Positions 30,186-40,516 are shown, counted from the stretch's first letter. The stretch: DNA of 64,000 nt from Spirochaetia bacterium (GCA_965225855.1 CBDDCK010000005.1:768001-832000); one strand, 5' to 3'. Numbers and translations are program-made. The notes: generated from the sequence alone by a model not told the origin.

Positions 30186-31931
30186 ATGGGCTTACTGCAA
30201 TATAATTTATTCAGTAGTTATCTGCGCTCAATCAAAACCAACCCTTTCTTGCTATTATTTGCTGCTGGTTTTTTATTTGCTCTAAGCTTTCCCAGTAGCC
30301 TTGCCCCATTTTCTTTTTGGCCGTTCTCTTTGCTAGGCCGTGTAGTAGAGCAAGGGTTGCCCATTATGGCTTTTGTTTTTGCTTTACCATTGCTCCAAGT
30401 TTTGCAACAATTGCGCAGCTTAGGTCAGTCCATACGCTATGGCGCATTCTATGGTTTTAGTAGTTATTTATTACTTAGCCTTTGGTTGCTCACTTATGAC
30501 TGGATTGCTTTTATTCTCATACCCGGTATTTATCTTTACTATTTTAGTATCTTTTTTACTGCACACTTACTATTGAAAAAAATTATGGCAAAGTATGCCC
30601 TACCCTCTTGCCTCAATTACTTCAGTTTTGTTGCCCTTTGGTTGCTGCTGGAATACTTAAAATCCACGGGTTGGGTGGCATATACTTATGGCAGCTTATT
30701 GTATAGCCATTATTTATATCCCCATATTATTTATTTTAGTCGTAACTTTTTTCTGCAAAACCTTGCTTACATCTTGCTGCTAACACCCTCAATTTGCTGC
30801 CATGCTTGGCTCACAGGGAAAAAACCAAAATTCAAAAAGTGGGGCTTACTGTTTGCAAGTTTAGCCATTGCAATCCTAAATTTGACTTTTATTGCTAAGG
30901 TAGACAATTTTGCTTCTGTGGATTCCCATACGGAATTGTTAAGGCAAACAAACCAAAAAGCCATGCCCACAAGCCCCAATACTCTAAATATTGCTTTGAT
31001 TCAGCACAATATTAATTCTTGGCAAACGGAAAAAAATACCGATCGGCAAGCACTGAATCGTTTATTAGTATTGAGCCGCCAAGCAGAAAAAGCCAATGCC
31101 GAGCTGATCATTTGGTCAGAAACCGCTTTTGTTCCGCGATTCCGTTCATACCGCAATCAAAAGCTTGGCCCGATCAAACAGAGTATAGAGCAATTAGAAC
31201 AGCAATTGCATCAAAATCCAGATACTAATATCGCAAAAAATTTAAACTATTTTCGCCTGCGCTATAATGAAATTTTACTTAGCCATAAGCTACAGAATTA
31301 TTTAAAACAAGTCCAGGCAACCTACTTAATTGGCACCAATGACAACAAAGCCTTTGTCAAAGAAAAACGTTGGGGGCTGTACAATGGTATGTTATTGATT
31401 CGCAATGGCGAAATTTTAGCTACGTATCATAAGAAACGCTTAGTGCCTTTCAGTGAAGAAGCAAAGTTTGAAGACTTATTGCCAGAGCTGAATAATTACT
31501 TGCAAAAAAATAATTTTGCCCAATATAGTTCGGGTACCGGCAGCCCAATAGTGCCAGTACCTTTGCAAAATAAAACTCTTCGCCAACTAAATATTTATGC
31601 TATGATTTGTTATGAAGATTCACTGCCATTGTATTGGCCACACCGTTTATTTACCCCGCCTCAGAAGAGTTCTGTGCTAGCCAAGCAAAACTTTGATATA
31701 TTACTGTCCATTTCTAATGATTCTTGGAGCCCATCGCCGGTTGGTGGTTTACAACATTTAAGTAGCTCGATTAGCCGAGCAGTGGAAACGCAAAAGTATT
31801 TTTTGCGCGGCAGTACTTCAGGGCAAACAACAGCAATAAGCCCTAAGGGCCAGATATTACAGCGTTTGCCCGCTAATGTTCCAGCTATTTTATATTTTCG
31901 CTTGCCTTTGGATAAGCTAAATGGCAGGTAA
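30186..31931 (+). CDS. lnt: Apolipoprotein N-acyltransferase
   Basis: Multi-TM N-terminus; nitrilase triad IWSETA, YHK..LVPFSE, ICYED. Confidence 0.88.
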   Translation: MGLLQYNLFSSYLRSIKTNPFLLLFAAGFLFALSFPSSLAPFSFWPFSLLGRVVEQGLPIMAFVFALPLLQVLQQLRSLGQSIRYGAFYGFSSYLLLSLWLLTYDWIAFILIPGIYLYYFSIFFTAHLLLKKIMAKYALPSCLNYFSFVALWLLLEYLKSTGWVAYTYGSLLYSHYLYPHIIYFSRNFFLQNLAYILLLTPSICCHAWLTGKKPKFKKWGLLFASLAIAILNLTFIAKVDNFASVDSHTELLRQTNQKAMPTSPNTLNIALIQHNINSWQTEKNTDRQALNRLLVLSRQAEKANAELIIWSETAFVPRFRSYRNQKLGPIKQSIEQLEQQLHQNPDTNIAKNLNYFRLRYNEILLSHKLQNYLKQVQATYLIGTNDNKAFVKEKRWGLYNGMLLIRNGEILATYHKKRLVPFSEEAKFEDLLPELNNYLQKNNFAQYSSGTGSPIVPVPLQNKTLRQLNIYAMICYEDSLPLYWPHRLFTPPQKSSVLAKQNFDILLSISNDSWSPSPVGGLQHLSSSISRAVETQKYFLRGSTSGQTTAISPKGQILQRLPANVPAILYFRLPLDKLNGR

Positions 31932-32557
31932 GGCGAACCATAGTCAAAATGCAATAAGCAGGCTAATGCTCACTTGACAATTTGTTCTGTAATTATGCTT
32001 TACTATTTCAATTCTACTTCAAAGGAGTATGCAATGGCAATTACCTAAGCATATACCACCCCGAACTATAAATGGCCTGCAACTTTGTATTTTACGGTTA
32101 GCCAAGCCATAGGGATAACAAACTAGCTTGGCAGCAGAAAAATTTTACCTATGAGGTGGTCTTTGGGTGTGTTATTTTTTGTGGGTGTATCCAATAATAA
32201 TCGACCTAATCCATAACTATCGACTTCAAAATTCCAATAGTTATTGGGGTGTTTTGGTGTGGGCCTTTTTTGAGGGTTGGCCCAAAAACTTGAAATCAAA
32301 GGGCTAAGTAATCAGACCTTTCATCTACATTTTTAGATGTAATAACAAAGACAAGAGAAAAAGACAAAATAATTTATATCAAATTTTATTAAATCTGCAC
32401 TAAATCCTTTCTAATTTTGTCCCAGAATCAAATCTTTCAATGAAATCACCTTGACTCGTAATCTATTTTGGCTCATAACTGATGCAGGACGTGATAACTT
32501 TGTGCCATCGGACGTGATAACTCGATTTTTTTCTCCATACCAAGGCTATAATTTGAT

Positions 32558-32592
32558 AAAAGCAGCCTTGATAAAAAATTTACCAAGGCTGC
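32558..32592 (-). terminator. Putative intrinsic terminator of the lipoprotein gene
   Basis: GCAGCCTTG/CAAGGCTGC stem followed by a T-run on the minus strand, just after the stop. Confidence 0.55.
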
Positions 32593-32630
32593 AATTGGCC
32601 AATGCAAGCGTTGCAACAACCAAACCCTAC

Positions 32631-35129
32631 TTACCAATTTACAACTTGAATAGCATTGGTTGGTACTGCTGGACTACCAATTCCAAATCCTGCTGCTGCT
32701 TCAAGGTTGTATGCACCATCATTATCACTTTTACCAACCTTAACCAGTATCTTATTGGCTTCCGCTTTTACACTACCGCTTAAAATAATCCTTACGCTTG
32801 TTGTACTTGCATCAGAACCTGTGGCTGTGTTTTCACCTGCAGCTGTGTGCTGGGGTAATGTGTATTTCTTACTACCATCACCGGATACAATCGTCAATTT
32901 GCTAAAGTCCCACTCTGCAACTGTTGGCGGTAACCTGCTACCTTTAATAAATAACAAGCCTGTACGAGAATTGTAGACTAAGTTGGTGATCTGGCTTACA
33001 TACCCACTAACGGTAATCGGGTTATTGCTTGTGTCTGCTGCGCTACCACCTGCAAATCCTGCTGCTGCTTCCAGGTTGTATGCACCAGTATCATCACTAT
33101 CACCATTCTTAACCAATATATCCGTGGCTTTCGTTACTTCATAACCCTTTAAAGTAATCGTTAAGCTTGTTGTACTTGCTGCAGAACCTGTGGCTCTAGT
33201 AAAACCGATTGGGTTGTGGTTTTGTAATGGTTGACTCTTACGACCATTACCTGCGACAAACCTCAATTTGGTGAAGTCCCAGCCTGTAACTGCTTTTGGT
33301 AAATTAGTACCTGTAATCACTAACACGCCTGTAGCAGCATTGTAGGTTGCACGGGTAATTGCGGGTGGGTTACCACTAACGGTTAAGTCTTTGGCTGTAT
33401 CTAAACCCGCCCAAGCACCAGTGCCAACGCTAAGCAACCTATCTTTTCTACCATTGCTATCCATACCGGTCTTGCCATTCAGAGTAGCTTTATCGTCATC
33501 GGTAAGGTAAAGCCAAAGCGCTGTGCCATCGCTATGCAGGCGGTACTTACCTTTTGCAAGACCACGACTATCTGGCCCAGTGGCTGTGCCATCTGCAGTA
33601 TAGGAATCTAAAGCTATCCCATCTACCGTGATGGTTTGGATTTGGGCTTGGGTCGCAGTTGTAGGACTTAAGTTAGAACCTTGTACGGTTAACAGCGCCG
33701 TGCCAACATGGTAGGTTGCACTGGTAATTGCGGGTGGGTTTCCACTAACGGCCAAGGCTTTGGCTGTATCTAAACCCGCCCAAGTACCAGTGCTAGTAAG
33801 CAACCCATCTTTTAGACCATTGCTATCCATACCGGGCTTGCCATTCAGAGTAGTTTTATGTCGATCGGTAAGGTAAAGCCAAAGCGCTGTGCCATCGCTT
33901 TTCATACGGTACTTACCTTTTGCAAGACCGCGACTATCTGGCCCAGTGGCTGTGGCAGTATAGGAATCTAAAGCTACCCCATCTACCGTGATGGTTTGGA
34001 TTTGGGCTTGGGTAGCACTAGCTAAGAGAGTACCTTGCAAGGTTAACAGCGCCGTGCCAACATGGTAGCTTGCACCGGTAATTGCGGGGTTTCCACTAAC
34101 GGTTAAGGCTTTGGCTGTATCTAAACCCGCCCAACTACCAGTGCTAGTAAGCAACCCATCTTTTAGACCATTGCTATCCATACCGTCCTTGCCATTCAGA
34201 GTAGTTTTATGTTGATCGGTAAGGTAAAGCCAAAGCGCTGTGCCATCGCTTTTCATACGGTACTTACCTTTTGCAAGACTGCTACTATCTGCCCCAGTGG
34301 CTGTGCCATCTGCAGTATAAGAATTTAAGACTAGGTCATATACTTTGATGGTTTGGATTTGGGCTTGGGTCGCATTACCTAAGTGAGTACCTTGTACGGT
34401 TAACAGTGCCGTGCCAACATGGTAGCTTGCACGGGTAATTGCGGCTTTAGGCGACTGCTCTTCGGCTTTAGGTTGCTTAGGCGACTGCTCTTCGGTTTCG
34501 GTCTTAGACTGCTTATCTTCGACTTCTTCGGTTTGTTCGGCTTCGGGTAGTTCATGCGACTGCTTATCTTCAGCTTGTTCGACTTCTTCAGCTTGTTCGT
34601 CTTGTTCAGCTTCTTCAGTTTGCTTAGATGGCTGATTGTCATCGGATACTTTAGACTGCTTATCGGGTATATTCCTAACGGTTAAGTCTTTGGCTGTATC
34701 TAAACCCGCCCAAGCACCAGAGCCAACGCTAAGCAACCCATCTTTTCTACCATTGCTACCCACCTTGGCCTCAAGAGTAGCTTTATCTTTATCAGTAAGT
34801 CTAAGCCAAAGCTCTGTGCCATCGCTTTTCATACGGTACTTACCTTTTGCAAGACCGTTACTATCTGGCCCAGTGGCTGGGTCATCTGCAGTATAGGAAT
34901 CTAAAGCTACGCCATCTACTACGATGGTTTGGATTTGGGCTTCTGTAGGACTTAAGTCAGTACCTTGTACGGTTAACAGAGCCGTAGCAAAGTCGTAGAT
35001 GGCATTATTGATAGACGGCCCAGAAGATGGCCCAGAAGATCGATCATCGTCATCGGGTGGGGCGCAGGCCAAGGCCATAAAGGCCAGTAGCCAGGCTACT
35101 GGCAATAAAAGTAGTTTGAGCTTATACAT
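32631..35129 (-). CDS. Repeat-domain surface lipoprotein (832 aa)
   Basis: GGAGG RBS; MYKLKLLLLPVAWLLAFMALA-C lipobox; four ~120-aa repeats, an acidic linker and two C-terminal repeats of a second type. Confidence 0.85.
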   Translation of the reverse strand: MYKLKLLLLPVAWLLAFMALACAPPDDDDRSSGPSSGPSINNAIYDFATALLTVQGTDLSPTEAQIQTIVVDGVALDSYTADDPATGPDSNGLAKGKYRMKSDGTELWLRLTDKDKATLEAKVGSNGRKDGLLSVGSGAWAGLDTAKDLTVRNIPDKQSKVSDDNQPSKQTEEAEQDEQAEEVEQAEDKQSHELPEAEQTEEVEDKQSKTETEEQSPKQPKAEEQSPKAAITRASYHVGTALLTVQGTHLGNATQAQIQTIKVYDLVLNSYTADGTATGADSSSLAKGKYRMKSDGTALWLYLTDQHKTTLNGKDGMDSNGLKDGLLTSTGSWAGLDTAKALTVSGNPAITGASYHVGTALLTLQGTLLASATQAQIQTITVDGVALDSYTATATGPDSRGLAKGKYRMKSDGTALWLYLTDRHKTTLNGKPGMDSNGLKDGLLTSTGTWAGLDTAKALAVSGNPPAITSATYHVGTALLTVQGSNLSPTTATQAQIQTITVDGIALDSYTADGTATGPDSRGLAKGKYRLHSDGTALWLYLTDDDKATLNGKTGMDSNGRKDRLLSVGTGAWAGLDTAKDLTVSGNPPAITRATYNAATGVLVITGTNLPKAVTGWDFTKLRFVAGNGRKSQPLQNHNPIGFTRATGSAASTTSLTITLKGYEVTKATDILVKNGDSDDTGAYNLEAAAGFAGGSAADTSNNPITVSGYVSQITNLVYNSRTGLLFIKGSRLPPTVAEWDFSKLTIVSGDGSKKYTLPQHTAAGENTATGSDASTTSVRIILSGSVKAEANKILVKVGKSDNDGAYNLEAAAGFGIGSPAVPTNAIQVVNW

Positions 35130-35192
35130 AAGCAATACCTCCAACAATGGATAAAGATTAGCCAACCCATACGGGCTAGTGCATAGAGCCCT

Positions 35193-35221
35193 ATTGTGTT
35201 AGGGGGGGGGAATTGAGTCAA
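35193..35221 (-). promoter_or_regulatory. Putative promoter with a C9 tract in the spacer
   Basis: Minus strand TTGACT-caattCCCCCCCCCtaa (17 nt)-CACAAT. Confidence 0.6.
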
Positions 35222-35569
35222 GGCCCATATAAGCTTTTTGTAAGTTTTTTACAAGTTTTTTTGTTTTTTAGTGTTGTAAGGTAGTTAAAAATCAATGCCA
35301 ATCAAAAGGCTTGAGATTATTTGAGATATCTTGAGATTGCTTGAGATACCTTGGGTAAAAATTTGTAATACGCTAGACGCAGTCCGGGTGTTGCGTTGCG
35401 TATGATCGTAGTAAACATCATGGCACAAAGTATAAGAATTTGGTATAAGAATTTGAGTTTTTTGTATCGCAGTACAGCCCAGTTTTTAGCAAAATAATAC
35501 AATACAATTTTTTGCGATTTTTTTAGAGACTGCCACAGTCTCATTGGAAAATTCCCAGGTTGCAAATCA

Positions 35570-35612
35570 AAAAAGCTAGTAAGGTTTTCAGTCAAAACCT
35601 TACTAGCTTTTT
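35570..35612. repeat. Perfect 19-bp inverted repeat with 5-nt loop
   Basis: AAAAAGCTAGTAAGGTTTT-cagtc-AAAACCTTACTAGCTTTTT. Confidence 0.85.
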
Positions 35613-36106
35613 GAGACCGTGGCCCGTTACCATGATATTTTGAAAGCATATTGTTGCCCAATTACTGCCGACAACCCATATGCCGAAAAACAAAAATTTT
35701 TTACTTGTTCCATTTGTGGATTCAGCCGAAAGGCACAAAAAAGCGGTGCATGGTTTGGTTATCCTAGCACCGCTTTGGCTTTTTGAAGTTTTGAGCGTTT
35801 TTGCTCTGGTTTGGTGTTAAAAATGGATTCTGGCTTTTTCTCGTGCAATGAAAAATTTTTTACTTTTTTATTTTGGAAAGTAAGCCAATTTTTACCTTCC
35901 ATTTGTCCCAAAAATCCCGAGTTATCACGTCTTATCCCGTTCAGTTATCATGTCCTCTTTCACATAACCACTGCTTTGTTTTTGCTAAGTTTTTTATTCA
36001 ATAAAGGAATTAAATAGCCAGCCAGATAGTTTTCCAGTAGCATTTTTATCTTTTGTTCATTGCTATAGAGCGAATTTTTAACAATCTTCGCAACATTGAA
36101 TGTAGA

Positions 36107-37759
36107 ATGAAAACAGCCATTATTTCTCGCAGTAAATCTATTATTATCGTGATGTTGGGGACTTTTAGTTCTCGATTTCTAGGCTTTGCGCGAAATGCAA
36201 CTATTGCTTTTTATTTTGGTGCTGGTGAAAAAGCCGATGTATTGAATTTTATTCAGGCTATCCCATTGTTATTACGCCGTCTAGCTGCCGAAGGTTCACT
36301 GGAAACCGCATTAGTTCCCGAATTGGTACGCAGCTATGAGCAAGACCCTAGTTTTCTTAGCAGTAAAGCTATCTGGCGTAAATTATTGGCGGTGCAATGG
36401 TGTATACTTTTGCCACTGTGTTTATTGCTTTGGCTTTTTCCTAATCAAATTATTGACCTTTTAACTGAATTTCCAAAGCCGGAGCAACGGCAGCTAGCCA
36501 GCCAAATGCTGTATTACGTAAGCCCTTATGTTTTTTTACTTAGCCAAAGTGTGTTGTTAGGGGCTCTACTTTCCAGCCAACAACGTTTTACCCTTAGCTC
36601 GTTTACGCCTTTATTTTTCTCTGTAACGATTATTGCTACGACTGTTTGGCTGCAAAAATACTACAGTGTTTTTGCTGTATTATGGGGAATGCTGGCTGGC
36701 ATTGTGTTGCAATTACTGTTTTTGCTCCCGCCTATTTTACGCTCTGGTTATGCTTTATTGCCTTATTTTCGGTTATCTGATTTTCGCTTCGACCCTGCGA
36801 TAAAACGGATTTGCCAAGTATGGCTACCACTGTGGTTTAGCACGAGCCTTTTGGCTTTAATGCAGTTCGTGGCCCATTATTTGGCCTCCCAAACGCAAAG
36901 CGGCAGTATTTCGGCTTTGACCAATGCTTTAATTTTCTTTCAATTGCCGCAAGGGTTGATTTATGCTTCCATTGCCAAAGTTTGCTTACCTCAAATGAGC
37001 CAGCTTGCCGACCCGCGTACGACTCAAGTATTGCGCTACGGTTTGCAACAGTTATTGATATTATTGCTCCCAGCAACTCTCGTGTTATTTATGATGAGCG
37101 ATGCGCTGGTGGCTATAGCATTTCAGCGGGGTGCTTTTGCTTTGCAAGATACTTTGCTCACAGCCGAGGTGCTGCGCTATTATATTCTGGGAACTTTGCC
37201 GATTGCTGGTTTCCGTTTTTTGCAGCAATATCTGTATGCACAATCGCACAAGGTGCAGCCGTTGCTGCAAACTTTTTGGGTAGTGGCAATGGATATACCT
37301 TTGTCTTTTTACTTAATAGAGAAAATTGGTGTAATTGCTTTACCGATTGCCAATACTTTTAGTTATAGTGTGGTTGGGCTGTATTCTTATTTTATTACAG
37401 CAAGATATAGTCATAAAGATGGTGGTGGGCTGTTGTGTCGTGTACGTTGGCATCGCCTGTGTTTTGGCTTATTGCCAAAATTATTATTGGTGTGTGGTTT
37501 GCTACAGATACTCGATAGAGGGCTAGTTTATGCCGAGCAATACCTATTTGATAGAACTACACCCAATTTTTTGAATAATCTACGGCTTACGGCACAAGGG
37601 TTGGAACAGAGTCAACAATGGTGGTGGAGCCAAGGTGGTACCCTGCACAACTTCGGCATTTTGGCTATCCATGGTTTGATTTTACTAGGATTTTTTATTG
37701 TATTGTGCCGCATTATTCATATACCGTTGCTCAAACAATCGAAAATAAAAACAGTTTAA
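36107..37759 (+). CDS. murJ: Lipid II flippase
   Basis: SRFLGFARN..IA..FGAG, RRLAAEGSL, FQRGAF; many TM segments. Confidence 0.9.
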   Translation: MKTAIISRSKSIIIVMLGTFSSRFLGFARNATIAFYFGAGEKADVLNFIQAIPLLLRRLAAEGSLETALVPELVRSYEQDPSFLSSKAIWRKLLAVQWCILLPLCLLLWLFPNQIIDLLTEFPKPEQRQLASQMLYYVSPYVFLLSQSVLLGALLSSQQRFTLSSFTPLFFSVTIIATTVWLQKYYSVFAVLWGMLAGIVLQLLFLLPPILRSGYALLPYFRLSDFRFDPAIKRICQVWLPLWFSTSLLALMQFVAHYLASQTQSGSISALTNALIFFQLPQGLIYASIAKVCLPQMSQLADPRTTQVLRYGLQQLLILLLPATLVLFMMSDALVAIAFQRGAFALQDTLLTAEVLRYYILGTLPIAGFRFLQQYLYAQSHKVQPLLQTFWVVAMDIPLSFYLIEKIGVIALPIANTFSYSVVGLYSYFITARYSHKDGGGLLCRVRWHRLCFGLLPKLLLVCGLLQILDRGLVYAEQYLFDRTTPNFLNNLRLTAQGLEQSQQWWWSQGGTLHNFGILAIHGLILLGFFIVLCRIIHIPLLKQSKIKTV

Positions 37760-38949
37760 AGCCGTTCATTGGTTGTTGTATTACTGGCAAGTTTGGCCCG
37801 GTCTTCAGCTAAGCTTTGTTTATTGTGTTCGCTTTCTACATCACTAAGGTTTATTTGTTGTAATTGTACGAGCATTTCTTGGCTTTTAGCTAAAATCATG
37901 GTTTGAGTTACTTTGCCTTTGGGCTTGGCATGGGGCGGGGCATCTCCAACTTGGATTACCAAACGTTTGTTGGAAAGCCATTTCAAATCCGTTAGGGCAG
38001 AATAAATACCTTCGTAAACAGCTTCTGGTTTGTCACCACCGCCGCGCAATCGGATGCCATCCAAAATAGTTTGCACTGTATCTAAATTGTTGCTGAAGTC
38101 AAAAGGTTTTACCAAATATTCTTCGCCGTAATCTCGGTACAAAACAATGCCAATACGAAAGCTATCAAATTTAGCTACTTGCTGCTTTACCATCGGGATC
38201 AATTTAGAGCGCAAAAACTCGACATTATCCCGCATGCTGATTGTCGTATCCAATACCAAGGCCACATCAATAGTGTTGCGTGATAAATCATTAATTTTTT
38301 GGTCGAGATTGTTTAAAACGGAAACAACGGCTGGTGGTGGCTCTTTTGCGTTTTCTTGTTCAGGCAACGCAGATAAGGATAACATAAACGGGTTATCCTC
38401 AAAGCTTCCTGAATAATCACCATAGGCTTTACTAAAGGTTCGGATATTGATCCATGAGTCCCTGCCGATTGTTTTGCTGCCATTGCGGCTCCAAGGGTAA
38501 CCATAGACTACTGTAAAAGGAATAAAAATATGAAAAGCCCCGTGAGGGAAATACGGGTTACTCTCTGGGGTGGAATCAATTAAAGAATACAATTCTTGTG
38601 GCAAAAACTTGCCTTCTAATAAGCGTTTTTCGTTGCCATTGTATGGGTTGTAAGTAGATGCTCGTAAAGCATAAACATGCTGTTTCTTTTCTGGGTCGTT
38701 GGTGTGGTCGGTGATCATGATCGAGCCGAGTTCCGGTTTGTTTTCAACCCATAAGTGAAAACCTGCATCTTTTGGGGTGTATTCAATGTATAATTCCCCG
38801 GGTTGCAGTTTTATATTTTTTTCTTGAGTGTGTAATTCAACGGTTATAGCCCCAAGCAAAAAATAGGCAAATAGCCATGTATGGAATGATGATGCCCACC
38901 CAATTGCCTTTTGGCATCTAGACTGAAAGTGTTTACTAAGCCTATTCAT
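37756..38949 (-). CDS. Exported protein with C-terminal vWA domain
   Basis: MIDAS-like LDTTISM, YRDY, GGGD.PE, VGDAPPH. Confidence 0.8.
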   Translation of the reverse strand: MNRLSKHFQSRCQKAIGWASSFHTWLFAYFLLGAITVELHTQEKNIKLQPGELYIEYTPKDAGFHLWVENKPELGSIMITDHTNDPEKKQHVYALRASTYNPYNGNEKRLLEGKFLPQELYSLIDSTPESNPYFPHGAFHIFIPFTVVYGYPWSRNGSKTIGRDSWINIRTFSKAYGDYSGSFEDNPFMLSLSALPEQENAKEPPPAVVSVLNNLDQKINDLSRNTIDVALVLDTTISMRDNVEFLRSKLIPMVKQQVAKFDSFRIGIVLYRDYGEEYLVKPFDFSNNLDTVQTILDGIRLRGGGDKPEAVYEGIYSALTDLKWLSNKRLVIQVGDAPPHAKPKGKVTQTMILAKSQEMLVQLQQINLSDVESEHNKQSLAEDRAKLASNTTTNERL

Positions 38950-39136
38950 GTTGTCCTCCCTCCAAGCAACCTTATTGTTGTTTGCTGCAATGAAAATGGG
39001 AACGCCTTTTTGATCAATTTCTATTACCGCGTAAAAAAAGAGAAAATAAAGGCTGATTCATGCAAATCTCCGAAAGATTTTAGTCTCTTTGTTCCTATTG
39101 TCGTTGTAGAGTTTTACAGGATTGTAAGGAGTCTTT

Positions 39137-40276
39137 ATGCTTGTATGCCGTTCCGTGTATTCGTGTTTTTGCTGCTTGCATTGTGTATCGCTGCAGCCGT
39201 TTCCATTGCGATTGGGCAGGTTATTGTGGTTGTTTGTGTTGTTATTCAGTTTGTTCTGGGGTTGTGATCTGGCGCAAAACCTGCTAGGTTTAGCGTCCCA
39301 CGATATTCAGCCTCCAGTGTTGTTGCGCCAACAAAGCTTTGATGACTATTTTGTCTTCCATTTTAATGAACCAATAGTCAGCGCAACATTCACCAATATT
39401 GAGCCTAAATTACCTTATGATTCCATTGATTTTGAGGGTAAAGTTCTAACGATTCGGCTTTCAAAAAAGACCATACCGGGAAAGCCTTACCTGTTGCGTG
39501 CCAGTGTAGTCGATGCCAATGATAATGTACTCAACTTTTTAACAAGGGTTTACGGCCAGAATATCAACCCCGCTCACATGCTGATCAATGAATTTAATCC
39601 AGAAGGTAGCAAGCGTTCCAACTCGCCAGAAGTGGTGGAACTCTACGTTACCAAGGGCGGCAATATTGGTGGTTTGACCTTTACCTACGGCAGTCTCGAA
39701 GAGAATAAAGGCAGCTTTGTCTTCCCATCGATGGACGTTGCGAGCGGGGACTTTATTTTGTTGCATACGCGCTGGGACGAGAATCATAAACGGGATATAC
39801 GGCGTTTGAATGAAAGCCCAGAAACAGGTAAGGATGCTGCTAAGGCAAGGCTAAGCAGTGATAATGCATGGGACTTTTGGTTAGAGAATCTTACTGGTTT
39901 GAGTAACACCAATGGAGCACTGGCATTGTACCAAGCCCCGCAGCAAGATGCACCGCTGCTCGATGTGGTTATCTATTCTACTTCGGTTACCAGTAAGCGT
40001 TACCGAGGTTGGAAAACATCTTATTTGTTGCGCCAAGTAGAGCGTTTGCAAAGCGGTTGGCAGGGTGCTTTAACCCCAGATTCGCAGAATCAATTCCGCC
40101 CTCTCGTGCCAGAAGATGCCATACGGTCTAAAGACTCTACTGGTACCCGCAGTATTTCGCGCCTGCACAACGGCGGTATACCCGTTGATAGCAATAGTGC
40201 TGCGGACTGGATCATTGTGCCAACCCGCCAATATAGCTTTGGCAAAACCAACAGTTTAAAGCGTTATACCAAGTAA
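39137..40276 (+). CDS. Putative lipoprotein with lamin-tail-like domain
   Basis: Hydrophobic stretch ending FWG-C; LINEF...VELY; start uncertain. Confidence 0.55.
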   Translation: MLVCRSVYSCFCCLHCVSLQPFPLRLGRLLWLFVLLFSLFWGCDLAQNLLGLASHDIQPPVLLRQQSFDDYFVFHFNEPIVSATFTNIEPKLPYDSIDFEGKVLTIRLSKKTIPGKPYLLRASVVDANDNVLNFLTRVYGQNINPAHMLINEFNPEGSKRSNSPEVVELYVTKGGNIGGLTFTYGSLEENKGSFVFPSMDVASGDFILLHTRWDENHKRDIRRLNESPETGKDAAKARLSSDNAWDFWLENLTGLSNTNGALALYQAPQQDAPLLDVVIYSTSVTSKRYRGWKTSYLLRQVERLQSGWQGALTPDSQNQFRPLVPEDAIRSKDSTGTRSISRLHNGGIPVDSNSAADWIIVPTRQYSFGKTNSLKRYTK

Positions 40277-40358
40277 ATATTTGCGATTTTCTTAGTAAAG
40301 CCTTGCGATTCACATAGTAAATATTTGCGATTCTCCTAGTAAAACCTTGTGGTTTATG
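40271..40358 (+). repeat. Second family of 22-bp tandem repeats (4 units, A/B alternating)
   Basis: aagtaaatatttgcgattttct / tagtaaagccttgcgattcaca / tagtaaatatttgcgattctcc / tagtaaaaccttgtggtttatg. Confidence 0.85.
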
Positions 40359-40516
40359 CTTTCTGTATTGGCGTTTGTCTCTCTCATTTTCTACTTGCTT
40401 TGCCTTGCGATTTTCCGATTTATGCCTTGGCTTTCTATGATTTACGCAAAATTACTTGCAAGCTTTACCCCAGCTCGCTTTAATGATGGCCACTTAAAAT
40501 CTGGAGGAAATACAAT

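Larger units (their letters stand above)
32480..35962. mobile_element. Non-autonomous transposon-like element (3483 bp) carrying a lipoprotein gene
   Basis: Left end TGATGCAGGACGTGATAACT vs right end (revcomp) TGAAAGAGGACATGATAACT, 16/20; second 13-bp site 23 bp inward at both ends; CATAAC direct repeats at 32474-32479 and 35963-35968; no transposase inside. Confidence 0.8.

Noticed and set aside
31970..32470. Promoter-like TTGACA, AAGGAG RBS and ATG near 32034
   Set aside because: Stops after four codons; possibly a decayed gene, but no family is recognisable
35317..35661. 114-aa ORF as the element's transposase
   Set aside because: No DDE or HTH motif, weak start, and it crosses palindromic DNA
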